Source: Desulfobulbus propionicus DSM 2032 (GTDB lineage Bacteria; Desulfobacterota; Desulfobulbia; Desulfobulbales; Desulfobulbaceae). From it: DNA of 32,000 nt. Under the pieces are notes generated by a model, which saw only the letters and a program-made list of their open reading frames with translations, was not told where the DNA came from and made no database searches. Of this stretch, positions 17,072 to 26,133 are shown in pieces (position 1 is the first letter of the stretch; each line of letters begins with the position of its first letter). Location: contig NC_014972.1 in NCBI RefSeq assembly GCF_000186885.1, positions 3,390,001-3,422,000 on the forward strand. Reading direction: 5' to 3'. The position numbers were made by a program, and so were the translations under genes.

Positions 17072-19634
17072 TGGTGGATTTTCCTGTAATGGTTAAAAGC
17101 GGGCTGGCGACAAACACCGAAGAAAAGAACGCCACCACCAATCCGACCAGCAGGGCGAATGAAAAATCATGGAGGGTCGCGCCGCCAAAGAAAAAGAGCG
17201 AGGCCAGACAAAACAGGACACTCATACCGGTCATGATGGATCGTCCTAACACCTGATTGATGCTTTCGTTGATGATCTGAAAGAAAGTGAGCCGCTCATC
17301 GGTGTACATGTTTTCCCTGATCCGGTCAAAGATGACCACGGTATCGTTCAGCGAGTAACCCGCCAAGGTGAGCAGCGCGGTGACAATCAGCAAATTCATT
17401 TCCTTGTCCATAAGCCAGCACACACCGAGCACGGCAAGGACATCGTGGAGGGTGGCCACCGTGGCCGCTAAACCAAAACGAAAGTCAAATCGGAAGGCCA
17501 GGTACACAACCACACCGAGCATGGAGAGGATGATCGAAATCACCGCTTTGTTGCGGAGATCGGCGGAGACGGAGGCCCCGATCTCTGATTTGCTTTCCAG
17601 GGTAAACCCCGCATGGGCTTGATCGGTGCCGAGGATGGTCGAGATGCGGTCGCCCAAATTGCTGACTTTTTCCTCAGATTTTTTAATTTTGACAATCAGT
17701 CTGTTTTCATTGGTGACCTGCTGCAGGTCGACGCCGCTGATCTCGTTGGCTCTGAGAAGACCGCGCACTTCTTCGAGCGAAAAAGCCTGTTCAGCCTTGT
17801 ACTGCAACATTGTGCCACCGGAGAAATCCACGCCCATGTTGGCATGGCCCCGCATGATCTGCACAAAGGCAATCAAACCCAGGGCGACCAGGACCGCAGA
17901 GACGGAATAGGCAACCTTGCGCAGTCGCATGAAATCAAAGTTGGTTTTACCGATCAACTTCAAAAAGCTGATGCGTTTTAGCCATTTCAGGCTGAGGAGG
18001 GAATCGTACATCAGCCGCGAGAAGAAAAGCACGGCAAACAGGTTGAAGAGAATACCCAAGGTGAGGGTGATGGCGAAACCTTTGATCGGGCCGGTGCCAA
18101 AGAGAAACAGGACAAGGGCGGTGATCAGGGTGGTGACCTGGCCGTCGACAATACTCCAAAATGCCTTGTTGAACCCCGCGTCGACCCCGGAACGCAGTGA
18201 CTTGCCCAAGGCAAATTCATCGCGCATGCGTTCGTAGATCAGAATGTTGGCGTCGACACCCATGCCGATGGACAGGATGATACCGGCGATGCCAGGCAGG
18301 GTCAGGGTTGCGCCCAGCATGGCCAACCCGACAAAAAGAAATAGAATATTGAGGGCCAGGGAAACGTTGGCGATAATACCCGAGACCCGATAGTAAAGGA
18401 CCATGAAGGCAATCACCAGCAGCGCGCCAAACAGGCCAGAGGACAATCCGTCCTTGATGGAATCCTGCCCCAGACTGGCGCCCACCGTCAGGTTTTGAAT
18501 GATATCCACCGGTGCCGGCAAGGCGCCGACGCGGAGGACGATGGCCAAGTCCGTCGCTTCGTTGTGGGTGAAATTGCCGGAAATCTGAGCACTGCCACCG
18601 AGGATTTTTTCCCGGATGACCGGTGCGGAGCGAACGATCTCATCAAGAACAATCGCCAGTCTTCGATTGACGTTTTTTTCGGTCAGATGGGCGAAAACCT
18701 GCCCGCCATGCCCCGTGAGATCCAGACTGACATAGGGCTCGTTGAAGGTGCCGCCGATGCGGACCTGGGCGTTTTTCACCATTTCGCCGGTCATCAAAAC
18801 CGGATTTTCCAAAAGAATGGGGATTCGTGATTCCTTCTTGGTCTTGCTGTCGATCACCTTCTCGAAATAGATTTCCGTCCCCTGGGGCAACCGGTTCTGT
18901 AGGGCGAAGTTGAGCTGTTTTCTACTGTCCCCTTCGCGCCACTGACCGGTCTTGGTCACCTCGTCGATCATCTGGCCGAGATTGAGCCCCGGTGCCTCGG
19001 CCACCATTTTGAACTCGAGCTGTGCGGTCTGACCGATCAGGCTCATGGCCCGTTGCGGATCCTTGACACCGGGGAGCTGGACCACTATCTGATTTTCCCC
19101 TTGCCGCAGGACGATCGGTTCAGCGACACCAAACTGATCGATCCGGTTGCGGATGATTTCCAGTGACTGATTAACCGCGTTTTTACGGATAAACTCGACC
19201 TCCTCGCTCTTCAACCGGAGGGTGATGCGGGGAAACGTCCCGGCCTCGGCCTCGACTTGGCTGTCCAGGTTGGGAAAATTCTCCTTGAGGATCTGCTTGA
19301 CGGTCTCAATGGCACTGGTATTGGGCAGAGTAAAGAGGATGGCGTTCGGGGTGCCTGTATCCATGCGCACTGCGTTGATATTTTTGGCGGCCAGGGCGGA
19401 TTTGAAATCCGAGGCGGAAAGATCGAGCGAGTTCTCCGCCGCCTTGTCCAGATCCACTTGAAGCACGATGTGCATGCCGCCCTGAAGATCCAATCCCAGC
19501 TTCAGCCCGGCGGGTGCCAGATACTTTTTCCACCAGTCCGGAAGATCGTGATAGACGGAGGGTGCAAGGACCAGTCCGGAAAAGAAGAGGAGGAAGATCA
19601 CAAGCCAGATTTTGAGCTTTATGCTGGTAGTCAT
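17061..19634 (-). CDS. secDF: Fused protein-export membrane protein SecD/SecF
   Basis: The SecD portion includes LGLDLQGGMHIVLQV, a periplasmic P1 region, and the TM bundle GIAGIILSIGMGVDANILIYERMRDE. It continues without a stop into a SecF portion, FDFMRLRKVAYSVSAVLV...GVDFSGGT...LNDTVVIFDRIREN. Total length is 857 aa. Confidence 0.92.
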   Translation of the reverse strand: MTTSIKLKIWLVIFLLFFSGLVLAPSVYHDLPDWWKKYLAPAGLKLGLDLQGGMHIVLQVDLDKAAENSLDLSASDFKSALAAKNINAVRMDTGTPNAILFTLPNTSAIETVKQILKENFPNLDSQVEAEAGTFPRITLRLKSEEVEFIRKNAVNQSLEIIRNRIDQFGVAEPIVLRQGENQIVVQLPGVKDPQRAMSLIGQTAQLEFKMVAEAPGLNLGQMIDEVTKTGQWREGDSRKQLNFALQNRLPQGTEIYFEKVIDSKTKKESRIPILLENPVLMTGEMVKNAQVRIGGTFNEPYVSLDLTGHGGQVFAHLTEKNVNRRLAIVLDEIVRSAPVIREKILGGSAQISGNFTHNEATDLAIVLRVGALPAPVDIIQNLTVGASLGQDSIKDGLSSGLFGALLVIAFMVLYYRVSGIIANVSLALNILFLFVGLAMLGATLTLPGIAGIILSIGMGVDANILIYERMRDEFALGKSLRSGVDAGFNKAFWSIVDGQVTTLITALVLFLFGTGPIKGFAITLTLGILFNLFAVLFFSRLMYDSLLSLKWLKRISFLKLIGKTNFDFMRLRKVAYSVSAVLVALGLIAFVQIMRGHANMGVDFSGGTMLQYKAEQAFSLEEVRGLLRANEISGVDLQQVTNENRLIVKIKKSEEKVSNLGDRISTILGTDQAHAGFTLESKSEIGASVSADLRNKAVISIILSMLGVVVYLAFRFDFRFGLAATVATLHDVLAVLGVCWLMDKEMNLLIVTALLTLAGYSLNDTVVIFDRIRENMYTDERLTFFQIINESINQVLGRSIMTGMSVLFCLASLFFFGGATLHDFSFALLVGLVVAFFSSVFVASPLLTITGKSTSES

Positions 19635-19698
19635 GGACAGCGTACCTGTGGGGGTGGGGAAAAGGTTGAGTTAAATAAATGGTCACACAAAGTTTAAG

Positions 19699-19727
19699 AA
19701 TATACGCCGGCACACCGCTTGATGCAA
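19699..19727 (-). promoter_or_regulatory. Candidate sigma-70 promoter of secDF
   Basis: The minus strand reads TTGCAT (19727-19722), a 17-nt spacer, then TATATT (19704-19699). The site is about 65 nt upstream of the secDF ATG. It is sequence-based only. Confidence 0.4.
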
Positions 19728-19803
19728 CGGTGCGAACCAATTTTTGCCTGAAAAAGCGGTGACACGGGTTTCCAGCTGCGGCCCGATCGGATGCAGCAGG
19801 ATC

Positions 19804-20559
19804 TCAGGTAGCGCGATTGATCGCCGCGGCCATGCAGGCGGCACCGAACCCATTGTCGATGTTGACCACCGCCAGACCGGGTGCGCAACTGTTGAGCATG
19901 CCCAGCAGGGCGGAATAGCCGCCGGCACCGGTTCCATAGCCGATGCTGGTCGGCACCCCGATAACCGGCGCGGCGGTCATGCCCGCCACCACCGAGGGCA
20001 AGGCGCCTTCCATGCCGGCAACCACGATGATCACCGATCCTTGCTGCAACAGGGCCGAATGGGCTAGAATGCGATGGATACCAGCCACCCCGGCATCATG
20101 GACGGTGGCGATACGGTGCCCGAAAGTCTGCAGGGTGACGCTTGCCTCCTCGGCCACCGGCAGATCCGAGGTGCCGGCAGTGACGATCACCACCGTACCC
20201 CTGCCGCCGTCGGCCGGGGCATGCGCTTCATTGCCGGTGAGCATTCGCGCCACGGGATGGTAGGTCAAGCCGTTCAGCCGCTGACACGCGGCTTCGCCTT
20301 TTTCCGGAGACACCCGGGTCGCCACCACCACGTTGGGCACACGCAACAGGGCACCAAGAATCTCGATCAACTGCTCGACGGTCTTGTTCTCGCCGAATAC
20401 CGCCTCCGGCAAACCTGTGCGCAGGGTGCGGTGATGGTCAAGGCGCGCCGAGTTCAGGAGTTCAATCGGTAGCAGCCGTAGTTGATCCAGGGCGTGCTGG
20501 ATCTCGATCTCGCCGTTCCGCACCTGGTGAAGCAAGGCGGCAACACTCTGTTCATTCAT
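19804..20559 (-). CDS. larB: LarB-type (PurE-like) nickel-pincer cofactor biosynthesis protein, a pyridinium-3,5-biscarboxylic acid mononucleotide synthase
   Basis: The translation reads VVIVTAGTSDLPVAEEA...VAGIHRIL...IIVVAGMEGALPSVVAGMTAAPVIGVPTSIGYG.....LLGMLNSCAPGLAVVNIDNGFGAA. An N-terminal helical extension, LHQVRNGEIEIQHALDQLR, is also typical. Confidence 0.8.
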   Translation of the reverse strand: MNEQSVAALLHQVRNGEIEIQHALDQLRLLPIELLNSARLDHHRTLRTGLPEAVFGENKTVEQLIEILGALLRVPNVVVATRVSPEKGEAACQRLNGLTYHPVARMLTGNEAHAPADGGRGTVVIVTAGTSDLPVAEEASVTLQTFGHRIATVHDAGVAGIHRILAHSALLQQGSVIIVVAGMEGALPSVVAGMTAAPVIGVPTSIGYGTGAGGYSALLGMLNSCAPGLAVVNIDNGFGAACMAAAINRAT

Positions 20560-20697
20560 GCAAAAATGGATGCTCTGCTGGGGCTGACTGGGGCATGGGG
20601 AAAATCGACGTGAAACGGTTTACGCCTGACCATGGTTCTGTTAGATTGCCGGCACGATCAACTTCAACCGGGCCGCCAGGGCGGCCGGAGAACGTCC

Positions 20698-21714
20698 ATG
20701 AGCAACGATACGCTTCCCCCGTTCCTCCAGGCGCTGTTGCGTCCTGCATGTTACGATCATCCCGCGCCGGATCTGCGTTTGGTGCAGACCCATATTTCCT
20801 CGGTGATCCTTGCCGGCAATTATGTCTACAAATTCAAGAAACCGGTCAACTTCGGCTTTCTTGATTTCTCCGATCTCGACAAACGGCGGGTGTGCTGCGA
20901 ACAGGAACTGCTCCTCAATCGCCGACTTTGCCCGGACATCTACCTCGACCTCGTACGGGTGACCGCGGAAACCGGAGGCGGGTTCACCCTCAACGGCAGC
21001 GGCCGGGTGGTGGAGTACGGGGTTAAAATGGTCCGCATGCCGGAGGACCGGATGATGACCAATCTGATCCAGGCCGGCACGTTGTCCGAGGCCCATATCG
21101 ATGCCCTGGTCGAGGTGCTGGCCGATTTCTACAGCCGCGCCGATGGAGGGCCGGAAATCGCCGCCTTTGGCACCGCGGCGGCTGTCGGCATAAATGTGCT
21201 GGAGAACTTCGAACAGACCCGGGGATTCATCGGCCAGGGGACACTGAACCAACAACAATTTGATGGCATCGCCGGGTATGCACGGCGTTTTCTCGCTCGG
21301 GAGCCCCTGTTTCAAGAGCGTATCGAGGGCGGATATATCCGCGACTGTCATGGTGACCTCTATTCCGCCAACATCTGCCTGGCGGATAAGGTCTACATTT
21401 ACGACTGCATCGAGTTTAACCAGCGCTTCCGTTACTGCGATGTGGCCAGCGACGTAGCCTTCCTGGCCATGGACCTGGACTTTTACGGACTTGATCGTCT
21501 ATCATCCCGATTCATCGACCAATTTTCCCGAACGACCAACGACAGCGGCCTGGGGGCGATGCTGAACTTCTATAAATGCTACCGGGCCTATGTCCGCGGC
21601 AAGATAGGGCTTTTTACAGCAGGAGACCCAGCGGTCGAACCGTCGCTCAAGGCCGCCTGCCTGGGCAATGCGGCTAAGTATTTCCGTTTGGCCGAGCGCT
21701 ATGCCAGCGAATGA
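20698..21714 (+). CDS. Aminoglycoside-phosphotransferase-like (protein-kinase-fold) kinase of unknown substrate
   Basis: The N-lobe reads VQTHISSVILAGNYVYKFKKPV. The catalytic loop reads CHGDLYSANICL, followed by IYDCIEF. GGAG lies at 20687-20690, before the ATG at 20698. Confidence 0.75.
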   Translation: MSNDTLPPFLQALLRPACYDHPAPDLRLVQTHISSVILAGNYVYKFKKPVNFGFLDFSDLDKRRVCCEQELLLNRRLCPDIYLDLVRVTAETGGGFTLNGSGRVVEYGVKMVRMPEDRMMTNLIQAGTLSEAHIDALVEVLADFYSRADGGPEIAAFGTAAAVGINVLENFEQTRGFIGQGTLNQQQFDGIAGYARRFLAREPLFQERIEGGYIRDCHGDLYSANICLADKVYIYDCIEFNQRFRYCDVASDVAFLAMDLDFYGLDRLSSRFIDQFSRTTNDSGLGAMLNFYKCYRAYVRGKIGLFTAGDPAVEPSLKAACLGNAAKYFRLAERYASE

Positions 21715-22300
21715 GCCGACGGCTACCGCTATAGCTCGCCAGACGCTCGCGGTATTCTTCGGCATGACTGCTTCGGGCAAATCAACCCTGGCCCTGGCCT
21801 GGGCAAAACGCTGTCAAGCTCCTTATTACAATACCGATCGGGTGCGCAAGGAACTCGCCGGCTTGCAGCCCAGCGATCGCCGACCCGATGGCGTGGGCCA
21901 GGGAATCTATTCACCGGAACTGACAGCGGCAACGTATCAGACCCTACTCGACCGGGCACGGGCGGATTTCGAGCGAGGGGCGAGGATTGTCATTCTGGAT
22001 GGCTCGTACAGCAAGCGTTCCGATCGTGCACGGGTACGGGCCTTGGCAACGGAGATCAAGGGACGGTGCGTGTTTTTCTTCTGCACCTGCGCGGATGACG
22101 AGGTGCGGCGTCGACTGGCATTGCGTGCGCAGGATGCGACCGCCGTTTCCGATGGCCGCTGGGAGATATTCCTCCATCAGAAACGCACCTTTGAGTTGCC
22201 GGACAGGCAGGCCGAACCGGACTGCATCCCCATCAACACCGAGCAACAAGTGGAAACGATGCTCGACTGGCTGACAGAGTACCCGTTGATGCGGGGGTGA
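21701..22300 (+). CDS. P-loop kinase-like ATPase (AAA_33 / gluconate-kinase-like)
   Basis: Walker A reads FFGMTASGKSTLA and Walker-B-like reads IVILDGSY. The ATG at 21701 overlaps the last 14 nt of the upstream kinase gene. Confidence 0.7.
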   Translation: MPANEPTATAIARQTLAVFFGMTASGKSTLALAWAKRCQAPYYNTDRVRKELAGLQPSDRRPDGVGQGIYSPELTAATYQTLLDRARADFERGARIVILDGSYSKRSDRARVRALATEIKGRCVFFFCTCADDEVRRRLALRAQDATAVSDGRWEIFLHQKRTFELPDRQAEPDCIPINTEQQVETMLDWLTEYPLMRG

Positions 22301-22318
22301 GCTGCCAGCCATTGTTCA

Positions 22319-23194
22319 TCACTCGGTGGACTCGGCGTCCCTGATCGATTCGGGCACCGCCCGGTGTTCTTCCGTTTTGGGCGTTCCCTCGGCCTGCTCC
22401 CCGGCCGTTGCCTCTTCTTTGCGATCGGCAGGAGCCTTGGTCATGAACTCCGGCAACCAGCGATTCATGCCCCAGGCAGGGGCGTTTCCCGCCTCCAGGC
22501 GGTCCAACAGAGCCTTGGCCTGCGGAGCGAGATTGGAATCGGGATACATGGCCAGCAAATATTTCAATCGATGTTTGGCCTCTTCCTGCCGATCGGTGCG
22601 CACATAGAACACCGCGACCATGTATTCATGGTTGACCAGAAATTCCTTGCACTCGATGATTTTCGCCTTGGCTTCCTTGGCGTACGGTGATTGCGGATAG
22701 GCATTGATCAGCCGGGTGAAGGATTTGATCGCTTCTTGAGGGCCAGACGCATCCCTGTCGATACGATCGGAGCGACGATAATCGCACATGCCGACCTGAA
22801 ACATCACATAGGGGATGGCTTCATTGGTCGGATGGCGTTCCTCAAAGGATTTATAGAGGGTTTTGGCTTCCGCGTACTGCTTGTTGTAATAGTTGGCATC
22901 CGCAGCCTTGAGTTCGGCGAGCATCGCTTGCGCGCTGAACGGATGCTCGTCCAGGATGATTTTGAAGTTTTTGATAGCCTCGCCATAATCACCGACGTTA
23001 TAGGCATCCATCCCCTGAACGATCAGTGTTTCGGGTGGCAGGGATTCCGGTTCTTCCTCTTCACCAAACGAAAAGGCGCTGAACATGCCGTCAAATGTCG
23101 AACAACCGGAAAGTGTCATTGCCGCGAGCAACCAGAGAACGAGGAGCAGGCGTTTGTCAGCGCGAAATGTTCGTACGATAGATACCGTGGGCAT
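22319..23194 (-). CDS. bamD: Outer-membrane protein assembly factor BamD (YfiO) lipoprotein
   Basis: A signal peptide and lipobox are present (LLLVLWLLAAMTLSGCS). TPR-like repeats read YNVGDYGEAIKNFKIILDEHPFS and YYNKQYAEAKTLYKSFEERHP...FQVGMCDY. Confidence 0.85.
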   Translation of the reverse strand: MPTVSIVRTFRADKRLLLVLWLLAAMTLSGCSTFDGMFSAFSFGEEEEPESLPPETLIVQGMDAYNVGDYGEAIKNFKIILDEHPFSAQAMLAELKAADANYYNKQYAEAKTLYKSFEERHPTNEAIPYVMFQVGMCDYRRSDRIDRDASGPQEAIKSFTRLINAYPQSPYAKEAKAKIIECKEFLVNHEYMVAVFYVRTDRQEEAKHRLKYLLAMYPDSNLAPQAKALLDRLEAGNAPAWGMNRWLPEFMTKAPADRKEEATAGEQAEGTPKTEEHRAVPESIRDAESTE

Positions 23195-23205
23195 GGCATG
23201 GTCCT

Positions 23206-24168
23206 CTATTCACTGCAGTTCAGGGGGGTATCCGGGGCTTGGTTGCCCAGATAATGCTCGACGGATAATTCAGCGACCGCGCCTTCTCCCGCGGCATTGA
23301 TGATCTGCCGGAAGCGTTTGCTGCGGATATCGCCAGCGGCGTAGACTCCGGGAATGGAGGTAGCCATCTCCGCGTCGGTGATGACAAAACCGCCTTCGTC
23401 GGTCTGGAGTTGATCCAGTGGCAACATGTCGTTGTTGGGCACAACGCCGATCAGGACGAAAAGCCCTGTCACCTTCAAAACCGATTCCTCGCCGTTGTGG
23501 TGCCGGAGGAGCAATCCCTCCACTCCGGCACCCTTGGAACCTCTGATTTCGAGCACTCGCGTATTCCACAGAAAATCGATCTTCTGGTTGCAGAAGGCTT
23601 TTTCCTGGAGAATCTTGGTGGCCCGCAATTCGCCCCGCCGATGGATGACCGTGACCTTGGAGGCGAATTTGGTCAAGTGCAGCGCTTCCTGGATGGCAGT
23701 GTTGCCCCCTCCGACCACGGCGATTTCCTGGTTGCGGTAAAAGGGACCGTCGCAGGTAGCGCAATAGGAAACCCCACGACCGCTGAACTCATATTCACCA
23801 GGAACGTCCAATCGACGGGGTTTGGCTCCAGTACACAGGATTACGGTTTTGGCGGTCAGCGTTTCACCGTTTTCAAGGATGACGGATTTGACCTCTCCGG
23901 CCAGATCCAGCTTGGCAATGGTGGCGAATTTTTTCTCCAGGCCAAAACGATCGGCATGGGCGGTCATTTTATCCATGAGGTCGAATCCGGAGACGCCTTC
24001 GGTAAACCCGGGATAATTGTCCACCCAGTCGGTCACAAGCACTTGACCGCCAGTGGCCCCTTTTTCAACGAGCAGAACCTTGAGACGACCACGGGCGGCA
24101 TACAACCCGGCCGTCAGGCCAGCCGGTCCGCCACCGACGATGATCAGCTGATACTGTGCCTGTTGCAT
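23206..24168 (-). CDS. trxB: Thioredoxin-disulfide reductase
   Basis: The FAD motif is LIIVGGGPAGLTAGLYAARG, the redox centre is CATCDG, the NADPH motif is AVVGGGNTAIQEA, and GVYAAGD is present. The ATG at 24168 gives a canonical N-terminus. The ORF-track start at 24216 would run into the trxA terminator. Confidence 0.93.
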   Translation of the reverse strand: MQQAQYQLIIVGGGPAGLTAGLYAARGRLKVLLVEKGATGGQVLVTDWVDNYPGFTEGVSGFDLMDKMTAHADRFGLEKKFATIAKLDLAGEVKSVILENGETLTAKTVILCTGAKPRRLDVPGEYEFSGRGVSYCATCDGPFYRNQEIAVVGGGNTAIQEALHLTKFASKVTVIHRRGELRATKILQEKAFCNQKIDFLWNTRVLEIRGSKGAGVEGLLLRHHNGEESVLKVTGLFVLIGVVPNNDMLPLDQLQTDEGGFVITDAEMATSIPGVYAAGDIRSKRFRQIINAAGEGAVAELSVEHYLGNQAPDTPLNCSE

Positions 24169-24180
24169 GGTCGATACCGC

Positions 24181-24229
24181 CCCAAAAAAAGAAGGCACGG
24201 TCCTTTGTCCCAACACAACAAACCGTGCC
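24181..24229 (-). terminator. Intrinsic-terminator-like hairpin between trxA and trxB
   Basis: The minus-strand RNA reads GGCACGGUUUGU...ACAAAGGACCGUGCC followed by UUCUUUUUUU. On the plus strand the A-run lies at 24184-24190. Confidence 0.6.
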
Positions 24230-24242
24230 CTGCGAGAAAATG

Positions 24243-24572
24243 TTAGATGGCTTTTTTGATCAGATCCTGCAATTGCGACTTGCCGACCGCGCCCGTGATC
24301 TGATCGATCACTTCGCCGCCCTTGAAGAGGATCAAGGTGGGGATGGCGCGAATGCCGAATTTTCCGGGCGTGGCGGGGTTGTCGTCAACATTCATTTTGG
24401 CGATGACCACCTTGCCCTCGTACTCCGCAGCCAACTCGTCGATGACCGGTCCAATGGCCTTGCATGGCCCGCACCACGGAGCCCAAAAATCAACAAGACA
24501 GGGGAGAGAATTACCGATGATGCCGCTTTCGAATTCGCTGTCGGATATGTGCACTACCTTGTCACTTGCCAT
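24243..24572 (-). CDS. trxA: Thioredoxin
   Basis: The product is 109 aa with VDFWAPWCGPCK and GIRAIPTLILFKGGE. Confidence 0.95.
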   Translation of the reverse strand: MASDKVVHISDSEFESGIIGNSLPCLVDFWAPWCGPCKAIGPVIDELAAEYEGKVVIAKMNVDDNPATPGKFGIRAIPTLILFKGGEVIDQITGAVGKSQLQDLIKKAI

Positions 24573-24665
24573 CTCACGTTCTCCTTTAGGCCTCCCATCG
24601 ATAAGGGATGAATGAAAAACTATAAATTCTCGATGGTTATGGGATATTAATCTGCATTGCCGGTC

Positions 24666-24694
24666 ATTCTACCTTGCCGCTCCAGAGGTGACAA
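24666..24694 (-). promoter_or_regulatory. Candidate sigma-70 promoter of trxA
   Basis: The minus strand reads TTGTCA (24694-24689), a 17-nt spacer, then TAGAAT (24671-24666). It is sequence-based only. Confidence 0.45.
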
Positions 24695-24755
24695 GAAAAA
24701 ATTGACATCATTGAACCGCTGTCAACCCCGCCAACTCATGTATTCTTTTTTGCTT

Positions 24756-24785
24756 TTGACATCTGAAAAACAGCCGTGCTATAAG
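24756..24785 (+). promoter_or_regulatory. Candidate sigma-70 promoter of hemL
   Basis: TTGACA (24756-24761), an 18-nt spacer, then TATAAG (24780-24785). The site is about 60 nt upstream of the hemL ATG. Confidence 0.4.
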
Positions 24786-24843
24786 AGACGGTCCTTTTCG
24801 CTCCGAAACCAGTGACATCAACGCAGCAATGACGGGGAAAACA

Positions 24844-26133
24844 ATGAAAACAGACAGATCCGCGCAGCTTTTCACTCAAGCAAAAACCTATATCCCAGGT
24901 GGGGTGAATTCACCGGTCCGCGCCTGCCGTTCCGTCGGCTGTGATCCCCTGTTTGTGCACAAGGCCTCCGGCTGCATGATCACCGATGTCGACGGCAACG
25001 AATTCATCGATTTTGTCGGTTCCTGGGGGCCGATGATTTTGGGACATGCTCATCCCGAAGTCGTGGAAGCCATTCAAGCGGCTGCCGTTCAGGGCACCAG
25101 TTTCGGCGCTCCCTCGCCCCTCGAGGTAGAGTTGGCGTCCATGGTCTGCAAGGCGGTCCCATCCATGGACAAAATTCGCTTTGTCAATTCGGGAACCGAG
25201 GCCACCATGAGCGCCATTCGCCTTGCTCGAGGCTATACGGGCAGGAAAGTGGTGGTGAAGTTCGACGGCTGCTACCATGGGCATGCCGACTCCTTTCTGG
25301 TCAAGGCTGGATCCGGGGTCATTACCCTTGGCATACCGGGCAGCCCCGGGGTCCCCGAGGACATCGTCAAGAACACTCTTTCCATCCCCTATAACAATGA
25401 AGAAATCCTGGAGCAGACCCTGCGTGACACCAACCTGGATATTGCGTGCGTGATTGTCGAGCCCGTGGCCGGCAACATGGGCGTCGTCGTGCCAAATTTA
25501 GGTTTCTTGCGAAAACTCAGGGAATTAACCAGGGAACTCGGTATTATCCTGATCTTTGACGAGGTGATCACCGGTTTTCGTCTGGCTCTGGGCGGGGCGC
25601 AGGAGCGCTTCGGCATCATGCCCGACCTGACCTGCCTCGGGAAGATCATTGGCGGTGGCTTGCCAGTGGGCGCTTACGGCGGCAAACGGGAGTTAATGGA
25701 ACTGATCGCCCCCGATGGGCCCGTGTACCAGGCCGGTACCCTGTCCGGCAATCCTTTGGCCATGGCAGCGGGACTAGCGATGCTCAGGGTGGTGCAACGC
25801 CCAGGATTTTACGCCGAGCTCGAAGCGAAGAGCGACTGGTTCGGCGCCGAAATGGAGAAACTGGCCGCCGCAGCACCTGTACCGATCAGTGTCAACCGGA
25901 TCGGCTCCCTCATGACCTGTTTCTTCACCCGGGGACCGGTCACCGATTTCACCTCGGCCATGACCGCCGATGCCGCTTTGTACGGACAGTACTTCCGCCA
26001 CATGCTCGCCGGCGGTATCTGGCTTGCCCCATCGCAGTTCGAGGCGTCGTTTGTCTCCGCCGCCCATGAGCGAAGCCACTTGCAAAAGGCCTTGGACATG
26101 ACTGAATCGTCATTCAAAAAATTGATGGTTTAA
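24844..26133 (+). CDS. hemL: Glutamate-1-semialdehyde 2,1-aminomutase
   Basis: Motifs present are SAQLFTQAKTYIPGGVNSPVRA, FVNSGTEATMSAIRLARGYTGR, ILIFDEVITGFR, and the PLP-lysine region CLGKIIGGGLPVGAYGG. Confidence 0.93.
   Translation: MKTDRSAQLFTQAKTYIPGGVNSPVRACRSVGCDPLFVHKASGCMITDVDGNEFIDFVGSWGPMILGHAHPEVVEAIQAAAVQGTSFGAPSPLEVELASMVCKAVPSMDKIRFVNSGTEATMSAIRLARGYTGRKVVVKFDGCYHGHADSFLVKAGSGVITLGIPGSPGVPEDIVKNTLSIPYNNEEILEQTLRDTNLDIACVIVEPVAGNMGVVVPNLGFLRKLRELTRELGIILIFDEVITGFRLALGGAQERFGIMPDLTCLGKIIGGGLPVGAYGGKRELMELIAPDGPVYQAGTLSGNPLAMAAGLAMLRVVQRPGFYAELEAKSDWFGAEMEKLAAAAPVPISVNRIGSLMTCFFTRGPVTDFTSAMTADAALYGQYFRHMLAGGIWLAPSQFEASFVSAAHERSHLQKALDMTESSFKKLMV

Noticed and set aside
24702-24725. 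The inverted repeat TTGACA-N12-TGTCAA lies in the trxA/hemL divergent region.
   Set aside because: The arms are only 6 bp, and one arm is simply a -35-like hexamer with no matching -10. The evidence is too weak to call an operator.
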